A stretch of DNA of 63,988 bases, counting the filler, from Lama guanicoe (lineage: Eukaryota): assembly GCA_013239625.1 (NCBI GenBank). It is 131 parts of 131 records of this genome, joined end to end, with 100 filler letters (N's around TTAATTAATTAA, not from the genome) between each part and the next. Parts side by side here need not be neighbours in the genome. Positions count along the whole stretch, not along the records: positions 24,887 to 25,275 come from PNXV01059240.1; positions 25,376 to 25,764 come from PNXV01059241.1; positions 25,865 to 26,253 come from PNXV01059242.1; positions 26,354 to 26,742 come from PNXV01059243.1; positions 26,843 to 27,231 come from PNXV01059244.1; positions 27,332 to 27,720 come from PNXV01059245.1; positions 27,821 to 28,209 come from PNXV01059246.1; positions 28,310 to 28,698 come from PNXV01059247.1; 123 more parts are not named here. One strand, given 5' to 3'. Numbering within the stretch: position 1 is the first letter of the stretch; every line of letters begins with the position of its first letter. The notes beneath the pieces are model-generated. The model was given only the letters and a program-made list of their open reading frames with translations. It made no database searches and was not told the origin of the DNA. The position numbers were made by a program, and so were the translations under genes. This document shows, piece by piece, positions 24,887 to 36,400 of this stretch.

Positions 24887-25249
24887 GGATGTGCAGGATG
24901 CGCTCTGCTCCCTGCCCTGCACAGGAAGCAGACAGGCCATGAGGAGTGAGTTCTGTGAGCAGAGGGGCACTCAGTTGGGGCCAGGGACACTGCAGAGGCC
25001 GGCTCTGGGACGCAGCCAGCTTGGGGCAGGAGTAGGGGAAGGAGGCAACAGCATCAGCCTCCCCTTTTGGACCCACTCACCGAAGATCGCTTGCACCAGC
25101 CAGGCCTTGAGGCGCACGGCCTTTGAAGTCATCAGGTGCTCAGAGTGAAGCCAGCAGGGTGACTGGGTGAGGTAACCATGCATCTCAAATAGCGTCCAGT
25201 CTCGCTGCTCCAGCTGAACGAGTGTAGGAGACCGCTTGGGAGCAGCCAG
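24887..25249 (-). CDS. KHDC3L: KHDC3L (ECAT1/FILIA, subcortical maternal complex) gene fragment: coding exon 1 (25249-25081), 164-nt intron (25080-24917), start of exon 2 (24916-24887); start codon position reads CTG, possibly a divergent paralog or pseudogene
   Basis: Spliced translation (L)AAPKRSPTLVQLEQRDWTLFEMHGYLTQSPCWLHSEHLMTSKAVRLKAWLVQAIFG/QGAERILHI aligns without gaps to recalled human KHDC3L MDAPRRFPTLVQLMQPK...WFHSEFLKNPKVVRLEVWLVEKIFGRGGERIPHV. Donor GTGAGT, acceptor ctgcttcctgtgcAG, phase-1 intron. Confidence 0.85.
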
Positions 25250-27820
25250 GCTGCGCCTGGCCCTGAGGCACAGTGNNNNNNNNNNNNNNNNNNNNNNNNN
25301 NNNNNNNNNNNNNNNNNNNTTAATTAATTAANNNNNNNNNNNNNNNNNNNNNNNNNNNNNNNNNNNNNNNNNNNNGGGGTCACCCTCCTGCTCCCGGAGA
25401 CTCCCCAGGGCTCTCCTGCGGAGATGTCACCGCGTTAACTCAGTGCCCAAGGGCAGCAGGGTCACTAGAAGGTTCTGAGTCTCCTCAGTCCGCTTCCCAA
25501 TCCCGCAGCCGCCCAACACAGCCCCGCCGTCCCCCTCCTCCATCTCTGTGACAACCCCCTGTGCCAGCACCCAGGGCTCCACGCAGACCCCTGAGCGGCT
25601 CCCCCTCCCCGGCTCAGAGGACCCCCGTCCCCTCCTCCCGCCAGGCCCTCGGTGGGGGCGGGGACAGCGTGCCTGTTGCAGACCCTGGAGCCCCAGCCTC
25701 GGTCCCCCACCTCCTGCCCCCGCCCGGGACACAGCCCTCACCCCACGTTCTCCATCTGCACCCCNNNNNNNNNNNNNNNNNNNNNNNNNNNNNNNNNNNN
25801 NNNNNNNNTTAATTAATTAANNNNNNNNNNNNNNNNNNNNNNNNNNNNNNNNNNNNNNNNNNNNAAGACAGCCTCTCTGTGGGCCTCTTAGTGGCAGTTG
25901 TGAGTAATGCTAGAAGAGCTGGCAGCTTTTAAAATTCCCCACAAGGGTGAGGGCGCTGGCAGAATTTCATTTCGGATGAATAATCAGAGGCCATGTTGAC
26001 ATGTATCGTCTTTAAATGCTTTGTCTTTTCAGGAGCTCGACAAATATTATTTCTCTGCAGGATGTGAAACTAATTCCAGTCTTCCAAATCTGGGCTGCCT
26101 GATGCCTAGACCAATGCCCTGAGGACATATCTGTTAAAGTGAGGTTACAAAGAAGGAAAACTCCTTCCCATAATGTGTTTATAGTTACTGGAAGAATCCT
26201 AGTTACACTGGTGCACAGAGGCAAATGGACACTTGAGGAGCTGGAATAGTTTANNNNNNNNNNNNNNNNNNNNNNNNNNNNNNNNNNNNNNNNNNNNTTA
26301 ATTAATTAANNNNNNNNNNNNNNNNNNNNNNNNNNNNNNNNNNNNNNNNNNNNTTTATCTGTTGTCAAAGCATAAAAAACCTGCCTGAACTATCAAGAGA
26401 CTAAATGTCTGCTCTTGATTCTGCCGTAATAAAATGTGTGACTGTAACCACTTAATATTTTACACCCACTTCCTGCCCACACTATCCCCACACCGTCTTT
26501 TAAGTAAAGCAGGAATAGACCTGTCATGCAGTACCACCTCTGATTCTCTAACATCAGTACAGAGGGGGCATCAGCATATCTGTAGTTGTGGTGTAGTGTG
26601 GGAGCAGCTTAGAGCCCAGAAACAGTGAAGGGATGAAGAAGGTAATTCCCTTCCCTGTGGCTGGTAAGCTCTTCCTTCCACACGATGCTTTCATAACTCC
26701 CCAAGAAGCAGTATCTTCTGTTCCTTTTGTCTTGCCCTCCTANNNNNNNNNNNNNNNNNNNNNNNNNNNNNNNNNNNNNNNNNNNNTTAATTAATTAANN
26801 NNNNNNNNNNNNNNNNNNNNNNNNNNNNNNNNNNNNNNNNNNATAGTGGATTTATGACTCCAGTAAGATGGAGACAGCAGCTGACACAAGCAAGGCAGTG
26901 AAATTTATGACTCCAATCAGGGGAGATGTAGGCTGTGACAAGTCTGCCTGAGCTATGGTGAGGCTAGCCATTCCCCAAGGCTGTTAATTGTGCAAAGGCA
27001 AACAGCCATCAGGAGTTCATCTCCCCAAGAGGAGCAGGCAGATGCCTAAGGGCTGGAAATTGGGGGCAGCAGGGCCTCAGCAGGCACCAGTTGGCACTAC
27101 AGCTGGTGTGGGTCTCAGCAGGATCTCAGCACCACACCTGGCACCCATTTTATTTGGTGGGTCCAAGGATCTACCAGTTGTTAACCCTGCTGTGAACAGC
27201 TCCTTTTCTGGAAGCAGCAGGAAGTAGCCGANNNNNNNNNNNNNNNNNNNNNNNNNNNNNNNNNNNNNNNNNNNNTTAATTAATTAANNNNNNNNNNNNN
27301 NNNNNNNNNNNNNNNNNNNNNNNNNNNNNNNGCTGTCCTACCTTCTTGCTCCAAGGTGGGGCTCCACCCTGCCCCTGGCCTTGCCCCACATCCTCCAGGT
27401 GACCTGACATCTTCAGGATGTGCCTGTCTCCCCCTTGTCATGTGTCCATGTGCGGAGCCCCAGCTACCCCATATCTGTGTCTCCCCACAGCCAGGAGCTC
27501 AGCCCGGCACACACAGTAGGTACCCGATGGTGCCCTGAGGGGCCCTGTCTCCTGGCAACTCCCCATCACCTGTTTCCCAGTCTCCCCACTTTCTTCTCCT
27601 GCTCTGCTGCCCAGAACATGGCTCTCGGTGCTCCCACCCCTCCACCCCCGTCCCATCTCTTTCCTCTCTTTCCCACCTCCTCTTCCCCTGCCTCCACCCT
27701 CTTTACCCTCCTTGTCTCTCNNNNNNNNNNNNNNNNNNNNNNNNNNNNNNNNNNNNNNNNNNNNTTAATTAATTAANNNNNNNNNNNNNNNNNNNNNNNN
27801 NNNNNNNNNNNNNNNNNNNN

Positions 27821-28209
27821 TGATATAGAAAAAGCCTCTGACAAAAATTCAACACCCTGTCATTATAAAAACACTAAATAAACTAGAAGTAGAAGGCAAT
27901 TTACTCAGTGTAATAATAGTGCATCTATGAAAAACCCACATCTAACACCTTATTTAATGATGAAAAACTTAAGACCTTTCCCCTAAGATCGGGGCAAAAA
28001 CAAGAATATACACCCTTGCCACTTCTATTCAACACTGTACTGGACGTTCTACACATGGCAATTAGGCAAGAAAAAGAAATAAAAGGCATTCAAATTGGAA
28101 TTAAAGAAGTAAAACTCTGTTTGCAGATGACATGATCTTATATACAGAAAACTAAAGAATCCTCAAAAACCTGTAAGAGGTAATAAGTTCAGCAAAGTTG
28201 CAAGATATA
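27821..28209 (+). mobile_element. LINE-1 ORF2 RT fragment
   Basis: [13 protein letters not shown]...[31 protein letters not shown]...FADDMILY. Confidence 0.92.
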
Positions 28210-29776
28210 NNNNNNNNNNNNNNNNNNNNNNNNNNNNNNNNNNNNNNNNNNNNTTAATTAATTAANNNNNNNNNNNNNNNNNNNNNNNNNNNNNNNNNNN
28301 NNNNNNNNNGTTCCAGGAAGAAGAACCTGAGATGTGAAGAGCTGAATGACCAGTCATGTGACCTTCGAGATACAGCTGTAAGTTAGTCTTGCTCACGTCA
28401 GCATGGGGATCTGTAATGTAGTCAAAATAAGTTTGGGAAAGTTGCTGTCAGCTTTTATTTTATATTGTCAGCAAGTTCCTAGAGCGTTGTTTTATGTTAT
28501 TAACTCCTATTGCATTCACCCTCGTTACTCCATAAACATATGGTTATTAGATTTAGAATGTTATTAGCATAAACGCAATCTCAAGTAACCTGGAAATTAA
28601 CACGGGAAACTCAGAAGCAGCTGAGAAACAGTTTGCATTGCCTATTAGCATAAAGGGACGAGCAAGTGATTGGTGATTCAGAAACAACAGGACAGCCANN
28701 NNNNNNNNNNNNNNNNNNNNNNNNNNNNNNNNNNNNNNNNNNTTAATTAATTAANNNNNNNNNNNNNNNNNNNNNNNNNNNNNNNNNNNNNNNNNNNNGT
28801 GTGAGCGTGACACAGCTCAGGAAATGAGAGTTCTCGACAACACAGGAATGTGTCTGAAATCACACCCACAATGGCCCCTAGTTTTACCTTGAATGTCTGA
28901 ACCACAGCTACTCCTCTTTGAGTTTCAAAGTGCATCACCCTCCTCAATGGCCAAAGCAGATGTACAGTGCATGTCAAGAGGCCATAAAACAGGCAGCTTT
29001 GGTCAGTAAAACTGAAGTTAAACCATGCATAAGTCAGAATGACTTCTCCATACCTTAGTACATGCAGATTTCCCCTTTAGATTATAAACCTTTCGATAGA
29101 AAGCCTTGATGATGAAAAGGCCTGTCACTCTATGCTGTGGTGGTAGCTCCTGCCCCAGGTTTAGATCATGTCCCTCGCTGCTAGGCCNNNNNNNNNNNNN
29201 NNNNNNNNNNNNNNNNNNNNNNNNNNNNNNNTTAATTAATTAANNNNNNNNNNNNNNNNNNNNNNNNNNNNNNNNNNNNNNNNNNNNCTCTCGCCTGTCC
29301 ATGCCAACCCTCTGCTCTCAATATCACCCTTACCTGCTCCTCTGTTATGTAACTGCTCTCCCCTAGAAGTTAGTGATTGGTTACACACCTGTTTCTCCTC
29401 TTGTGATCCTGGGAAAGGGAAGCCTCCTCAGTAAATGCTTTTATCCCTTGACCCCATAATATACAGGTGCAAGTTTCTTGTCAGCAGCCTTAAAACTCAT
29501 CTCCACTCCATTTTTTCTGTCCTGCCATGGCAGCCAGACTCTTTTGCAACCTCATGTACTAAGAAAAAGTAATGTTTTTGCTTTCGATTTTTCAGAATGT
29601 ACATGGACTCTCTGCATTTCTTCTGGAGCTTGTGACAAGTGCTGACTCCTGGTTCCACAAAAGATAATCAAATACANNNNNNNNNNNNNNNNNNNNNNNN
29701 NNNNNNNNNNNNNNNNNNNNTTAATTAATTAANNNNNNNNNNNNNNNNNNNNNNNNNNNNNNNNNNNNNNNNNNNN

Positions 29777-29920
29777 AAGTGGAGGAAAGTCTTGTGGGGC
29801 TGAGCCCTTAACTTGCGGAATCTCATGCAGATAGACAGTGTCAGAATAGGTTGTTGAATACCCAGTTACTGTCAGAGAGTTGGTGGCAATGGAAAATACC
29901 CCGCTTATTTGGTGTCAGGA
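29777..29920. mobile_element. MER21-like LTR fragment
   Basis: gtcttgtggggctgagcccttaacttgcggaatct...agatagacagtgtcagaat...ttggtgtcag. Confidence 0.6.
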
Positions 29921-30279
29921 GAAGAAAAAAAATCTCACTGGGTATATAGTTTTCACCAAATTTGGAAAATTGTCCATCATAAAGCATTCAATTTCTTAAC
30001 ACTTATTCCTCTCTCCTTTCCTTTGGAGACACCAGTGACATAAAGATTAGGGTATTTTCAGTTGCTCCAAGCTTACTGGTCCTATGTTCATTTTTTAAAT
30101 CCTCTTTGTTTCATTTTGGATAATTTCTTGGGCTACATATTTAAGTTTATTAATAGTTTCTTGTGNNNNNNNNNNNNNNNNNNNNNNNNNNNNNNNNNNN
30201 NNNNNNNNNTTAATTAATTAANNNNNNNNNNNNNNNNNNNNNNNNNNNNNNNNNNNNNNNNNNNNAAAAAAAAGAAGAT

Positions 30280-30654
30280 TTAAGATTTAATACCTATCAT
30301 TCTCAAGCTCTTCCCCAAAACTAGAGAGGTGGGAACACTTGCTAAGTCATTTTACAAAGCCAGTATTACCCTGATACCAAAGCCAGACAAAGACAACAAA
30401 AAAAGGAAAATCACAAGCCAATGTCTCTGATGAATATAGATGCAAAAACCCTCAATAAAATATGAGCAGACAGCATGCGAGAGTGCATTAAAATGACCAT
30501 ACACCATGACCAAGTGGGATTTGCTCCAGAAGTGCAAGGGTGAGTCCACACCCACAAGCCTCTCCCTGTGACGCGCCACATTAACAGAAGGAGGGTGAAA
30601 GCCAGATGGTCATCTCAGTAGATGCAGAAAAAGCATTTGACAAAATTCAACATC
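30280..30654 (+). mobile_element. LINE-1 ORF2 RT fragment
   Basis: SITLIPKPDKD...PMSLMNIDAKTLNKI...HHDQVGFAPEVQG...MVISVDAEKAFDKIQH. Confidence 0.92.
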
Positions 30655-30909
30655 NNNNNNNNNNNNNNNNNNNNNNNNNNNNNNNNNNNNNNNNNNNNTT
30701 AATTAATTAANNNNNNNNNNNNNNNNNNNNNNNNNNNNNNNNNNNNNNNNNNNNCACCTCCTCCCTCTGTTCCTGCCCCTTCCCCCCTCATTTCAGGCTC
30801 CTGGGTGCAGGGCCACTGACTGAAGCACCTTGGGTGGTCTCTGCTTTCCCCACCCCCCATTCTGCACCCAGAACTTTCTACCAAAATGCAATAGCATCAT
30901 CTCTTCCCT

Positions 30910-31143
30910 GTGCACGTGTACATGCATGTTTGTGTGCATGTGTGTGTGTCCTTATGTCTGTGTGACATGCATGTGCATCTGAGTGTGCACTGCACACGTA
31001 GGTGTGCACACATGACTTTCTGTGTGCATGGATGCACATGTGTGTGTAATGGGCACAGGTGTCCATGCGAGGGTGTGTATGTTTCATTGTGTGTGTATTG
31101 TGCTGTATCTGTGCTGCCCGTGAGAGTGTGTGTGTGTGTGTGT
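30910..31143. repeat. Degenerate TG/TGCA-rich low-complexity tract ending in (TG)n
   Basis: tgtgcatg/tgtg units throughout and a terminal perfect (TG)n. Confidence 0.85.
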
Positions 31144-31732
31144 NNNNNNNNNNNNNNNNNNNNNNNNNNNNNNNNNNNNNNNNNNNNTTAATTAATTAAN
31201 NNNNNNNNNNNNNNNNNNNNNNNNNNNNNNNNNNNNNNNNNNNGAGGGTTATTTCACCAGCTTCATTCTTTTCTTCAGTATTGCTTTGGTAATTCTGGGT
31301 CTTTTACAATTTCATATAAATTTTAGAATTATTTGTTCTAGTTTTGTAAAAAGTGTTCTGAGAATTTTATCCTTGTTGAGGTCCCTGAAATACCTTGACC
31401 TTTTCCCATTTGTTAAGAGGTGGACTTCCTAATTTACCTGATAAGCTGCTGGGAACCCAAGAGTTTTTAATCTCTGGAGGGATCGAATAGAGAAGATAAA
31501 TGTTTCAATTTTGCTTAAAAATTATAGTTTATTAAATTGTTATAAGTTAAATTTTGCTTAAGGGGAAAGTTTCTTTATATCTGGAAAAACACAGATTAAA
31601 AGCCAGCAATATTTTAGACAAAATAAAAAAAANNNNNNNNNNNNNNNNNNNNNNNNNNNNNNNNNNNNNNNNNNNNTTAATTAATTAANNNNNNNNNNNN
31701 NNNNNNNNNNNNNNNNNNNNNNNNNNNNNNNN

Positions 31733-32121
31733 TTTTTTTGTGGATATGTCCTAAATATATCAACCAAGTCCAACTGCTCTGTTGTGTCATTTCGTATCTC
31801 CATTGTCTTACTGACTTTCTGTCTGGAAGATCTGTCTAATGATGTTAGTGGGTTGTTCAAGTCTCCCAGTATTTCCCATCAGTTTCTCCATTTATGTCTG
31901 TTGGTTTTTGTTTTATGTATTTAGGTGCTCCCATAATGGGTGCATATACATTTACAAGTGTAATATCCTCTTGTACTGCTCCTTTAATCATTATATAGTG
32001 TCTTTCTTCTATTTTACAGCCTTTCTATTAAAGTCTGTTTTGTCTGATACGAGTATTGCTACTTCACTTTCCTATCATTTCCATTTGCATGAAATATCTT
32101 TTTCCATCCTCTCACTTTCAA
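31733..32121 (-). mobile_element. LINE-1 ORF2 endonuclease region
   Basis: tttccatttgcatgaaatatctttttccatcctctcactttca; tttaggtgctcc...gggtgcatatacattt (minus strand NIYAPN-like motif). Confidence 0.9.
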
Positions 32122-33199
32122 NNNNNNNNNNNNNNNNNNNNNNNNNNNNNNNNNNNNNNNNNNNNTTAATTAATTAANNNNNNNNNNNNNNNNNNNNNNN
32201 NNNNNNNNNNNNNNNNNNNNNTCTGTAGCTATTCTTAGAATAGACCTAGCAACTCATGAATAGATTTCCTTTTTTGTAATCTTACAAGAAGGGTAGGAAG
32301 GAGAAGGAGGGGAGGATAGAAGTGGAATGAAATTTTTTAATACAAAATTGAAATCAAGGCAAGTTAACTTCGGTTGCAAAATGAAAAAAACTATAATGCA
32401 AAAGACTATTGCTATTTTGAACTGCGTGATGGAGCATTAATGAGGTGATTAGAAAAACAAACACAACAAAATTAGACTCCCAGGGAGTGCTCAGCCGTTG
32501 GGGAAAATGGCACCCAATGAGAAAAGAAGACTAGGTCTGAGTTCAAAGGCTTTCCTGCACAAGCTGTGTGACCTTCAATGTATGACTTAACTTTTCTAAA
32601 TCTGAGTTTCNNNNNNNNNNNNNNNNNNNNNNNNNNNNNNNNNNNNNNNNNNNNTTAATTAATTAANNNNNNNNNNNNNNNNNNNNNNNNNNNNNNNNNN
32701 NNNNNNNNNNTCTCATGGGGTGGGCGTTGTCCTGTTTGCACTGTGTGTTCCTTATTTGAGACAGTGAGCTCATTTAATCTCAACAGCCTCTTTAAAAAAT
32801 TAGACTTTTTATTTTGAGATACAGTGTAGATTCCCATGCAGTTGTAAGTGGTAATAGGGAGAGAGCTTATGGACTCTTTGCCCGATTTTCTTTAATGATA
32901 CCATCTTGCAAAGTTGTGCTACAATTCATTATTAACTCACTAACCTTTTGAGGTTTGTGTTATTACCCTCATTTCTGTTCATGATTAAACGGGGGCTTAG
33001 AGAAGCACACAGGCCTGCCCAGGTCACCAACATGGTTAGTGCAGAGTCAAGGGTGGAACGTGGGCTTGGGATTTCCAGGCAGTACCATTATGATGGTCTN
33101 NNNNNNNNNNNNNNNNNNNNNNNNNNNNNNNNNNNNNNNNNNNTTAATTAATTAANNNNNNNNNNNNNNNNNNNNNNNNNNNNNNNNNNNNNNNNNNNN

Positions 33200-33280
33200 C
33201 ATGCATGAGGTCCTGGGTTCAATTCTCAGTACCTCCTCTAAAAATAAATAAATAAATAAACTTAATTATAAAAAAAAAAA
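33200..33280 (+). mobile_element. Vic-1-like SINE, 3' half
   Basis: catgcatgaggtcctgggttcaattctcagtacctcc plus (aaat)n cttaatta and poly-A; homologous to 18051-18192. Confidence 0.8.
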
Positions 33281-33282
33281 GA

Positions 33283-33467
33283 ATATAAAATAGCACATTC
33301 ATAATTTTTATACTGATTACATGTTGATATGGTGGTATTTTGAATATACTGGGTTAAATAAAATATTAAAATTAATGTCACCAGTTTCTCTTTATTTTTT
33401 TTATTGTAGCACTAGGAAATTTTAAATTCCATTCATGGCTCATGTTATATTTCCACTAGACAGTGCC
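33283..33467. mobile_element. MER3-like hAT-Charlie DNA transposon
   Basis: gattacatgttga...atactgggttaaataaaatattaaaattaat...catggctcatgttatatttccactagacagtgc. Confidence 0.75.
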
Positions 33468-36400
33468 AACTAAACACTTAAATATTTTAAGCACACAGTT
33501 ATCTTAAACATCAGAAGAAGGAGCTCTGTCTCTCGGACCTTTTTATTTGTTTTGTCCTTTCTTGTATGAGTCTCTGTGATAAATAAAANNNNNNNNNNNN
33601 NNNNNNNNNNNNNNNNNNNNNNNNNNNNNNNNTTAATTAATTAANNNNNNNNNNNNNNNNNNNNNNNNNNNNNNNNNNNNNNNNNNNNCAAAATTACCTT
33701 TTAAAGTTCACTTCAAATGAGCTCTTCAAAGAAGCCTTCCTTGCTTGTGCGCCACACAAACACAGGTGTCCCTCTTTTAATTACTCATCTCACTCTTTAA
33801 TTTTTCTTTATACCTAACAGTCTAGTGTTAACACATCTACTGGTAGGAATCTGTTTAATTTCTGCCTCCACCGTGCAAATCTGTTTTCTGAGAGAGTTGA
33901 GTCTCAATCCCTTTGCTCCCTGCTGTCCAGACCTAACCAGGTGCCTTTCTTTAAATACACGCTCAAACCCTCTCTGCTGAGTGAATGAAATTATTAAAGA
34001 AAGACTATTTCAGAGTACCCCATTTTTTCTTCACCTATGGCAGAAATCTATTTCATTCATTTATTCAATAAAATGTTNNNNNNNNNNNNNNNNNNNNNNN
34101 NNNNNNNNNNNNNNNNNNNNNTTAATTAATTAANNNNNNNNNNNNNNNNNNNNNNNNNNNNNNNNNNNNNNNNNNNNGCCCAGGGGGCAATGTCTGTCCC
34201 AAGGAGGAAGGTCAGTGCCCAGCACAATACCAGGCCCCCGAAGGTGCTAATGAATGTCCTAGTGGGGGGCCTGGGGAGCCCAGCTCCCAAAGTGTGCCCC
34301 CACCCTCACCCTGGACCCACAGAGCACTCTGTGACCTGCTCCCTGGAGAGTCTGGCGCTTCCAGCCCCACCTCCTTCCCCCTCAGGGCCAGATTCCGGGC
34401 TGGGGAGCATGTGAGCACTTAGTTATTTGAACTTTATGAACACAATGGAGCCAGCGATGCTTAAAATGCTTGTGTTAATGGCGGTGGTCTGCAGTTTCAT
34501 TTCACTTCAGTAAGAAGCATCTGCTGTGAGCAGGCGGCAGGCACAGCCAGCTCCCCATCCCAGGGGNNNNNNNNNNNNNNNNNNNNNNNNNNNNNNNNNN
34601 NNNNNNNNNNTTAATTAATTAANNNNNNNNNNNNNNNNNNNNNNNNNNNNNNNNNNNNNNNNNNNNGGAGGAGTGACAAGAGAAGTGGCTGGGCATCAGA
34701 GGTGGGTGACACCACTCCAAGATCCATGGGCAGGGGCCATGCCTGTTTTGTTCACGACTGCTTTCCAGTGTGCAGCACAGTGCCCAGCATGAGGTATCTA
34801 CCCAGAAATATTTGTGAAATGAATGACTCTAGCTGGGAGGTTTAGGGAGGTATAAGAAGTGTATTTTTTGAAATGTATTTTAAGTAGAAGATAATATCAT
34901 TATTAAACATTGTTTGAGACTGTTCTGTGATTTGCTTTCATGGGTCTGGATTTCTGATAACAGTTGATGACATACATACTGCTGTGTTTGAAAGGTGTGG
35001 TTTGTGACAACTGCCACAGAATCAGCTTGGCTCCCTGGTTCCCTCCACACCTCCCNNNNNNNNNNNNNNNNNNNNNNNNNNNNNNNNNNNNNNNNNNNNT
35101 TAATTAATTAANNNNNNNNNNNNNNNNNNNNNNNNNNNNNNNNNNNNNNNNNNNNCTTGACCTTGCACTAGACACAGTTGACTCCAAGTTCTTGGAAAAC
35201 AGCTCAGGCAAACATCTTATTGTTTAGGCTGCATGGAGCTTGGAGGGTGTGCAATTTGCAGCAAAGCAATTACGGCAAGCTTGCTCAGTGCAGGCGGGCT
35301 GCAAGCACAGGGGTTATAGCAAGCTGTAAGACCAGCTCAGGAATTCCTGTTAGTCACCAGTGTCTGCTACCCCTGTGGGGCTCAGTTTCAGGGTGTTTTT
35401 TTATTTTAACTCTATAGGACAGTTTCACGATTATCTGTGGACAGATGACCACCAGCATAGAGCAGAGTGATGACAGGAGCAGCTCTACATGTTGACACAA
35501 GTCAATGGCTTTCATAGAAATAGAAACGTAAAGCCAGGCATTGGNNNNNNNNNNNNNNNNNNNNNNNNNNNNNNNNNNNNNNNNNNNNTTAATTAATTAA
35601 NNNNNNNNNNNNNNNNNNNNNNNNNNNNNNNNNNNNNNNNNNNNGCTACCTGGCAATGGGGCAAAGGAGAAACAAAGGAGTGCGCTAGGCAAGGCCTTAG
35701 AGCCTCAGGGCATCTGGGGAACTAAAATTTACGGTTGCCAGAACCGGTGAGGTGGAAACTAAACTCGAGTGGTTGACAGAAGCCAGGCCATGCTGATGAG
35801 ATGGTCGCTATGCTAACGGCAGTGGGAAACCATGGAGGGCTTCAGGAGGTGACTCTAAACTGTAGCTGTAATGCAGCGATCAGACTGGACGGGGGCCAGA
35901 GTGGATGCTGACAGGCTAGCTGGGAGTTTACTGCAGCAGTGGCCACGCAGTCTGCTAGAGACGGTGGCAGCGGCAGGACGTATTCTCATATTTTGTCTTT
36001 GCGAAAATCATAATAAAATAAACAGCAAGGTAACNNNNNNNNNNNNNNNNNNNNNNNNNNNNNNNNNNNNNNNNNNNNTTAATTAATTAANNNNNNNNNN
36101 NNNNNNNNNNNNNNNNNNNNNNNNNNNNNNNNNNCACACACACACACACACATACATACATACATCCTAACTACCTACCCCCCAAAAATATTAAAATTAA
36201 AAATAAATAAAGAAAAAGAAAAAGAAAAAATACAGCCAAATACAAATCCATTTCAAGGATTAACCAACTCAATCCAGGCTTTGCAGGGACCAGCCGTCCA
36301 ACCAGGATGCTGAGCAAGGCACTTCCGCTCCCTGAGTCTCAGGCACAGTTGTTTGCAAAATGAAGACGCTGTGTCGCAGCATCCTTAATTGTCCCTGTAG

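Noticed and set aside
25376..25764. Several Pro/Gly-rich ORFs in a C-rich fragment
   Set aside because: Stop-codon depletion from high GC content; low-complexity translations with no homology.
30878..31191. Cys/Val/His-rich ORFs
   Set aside because: Translations of a TG-rich simple repeat.
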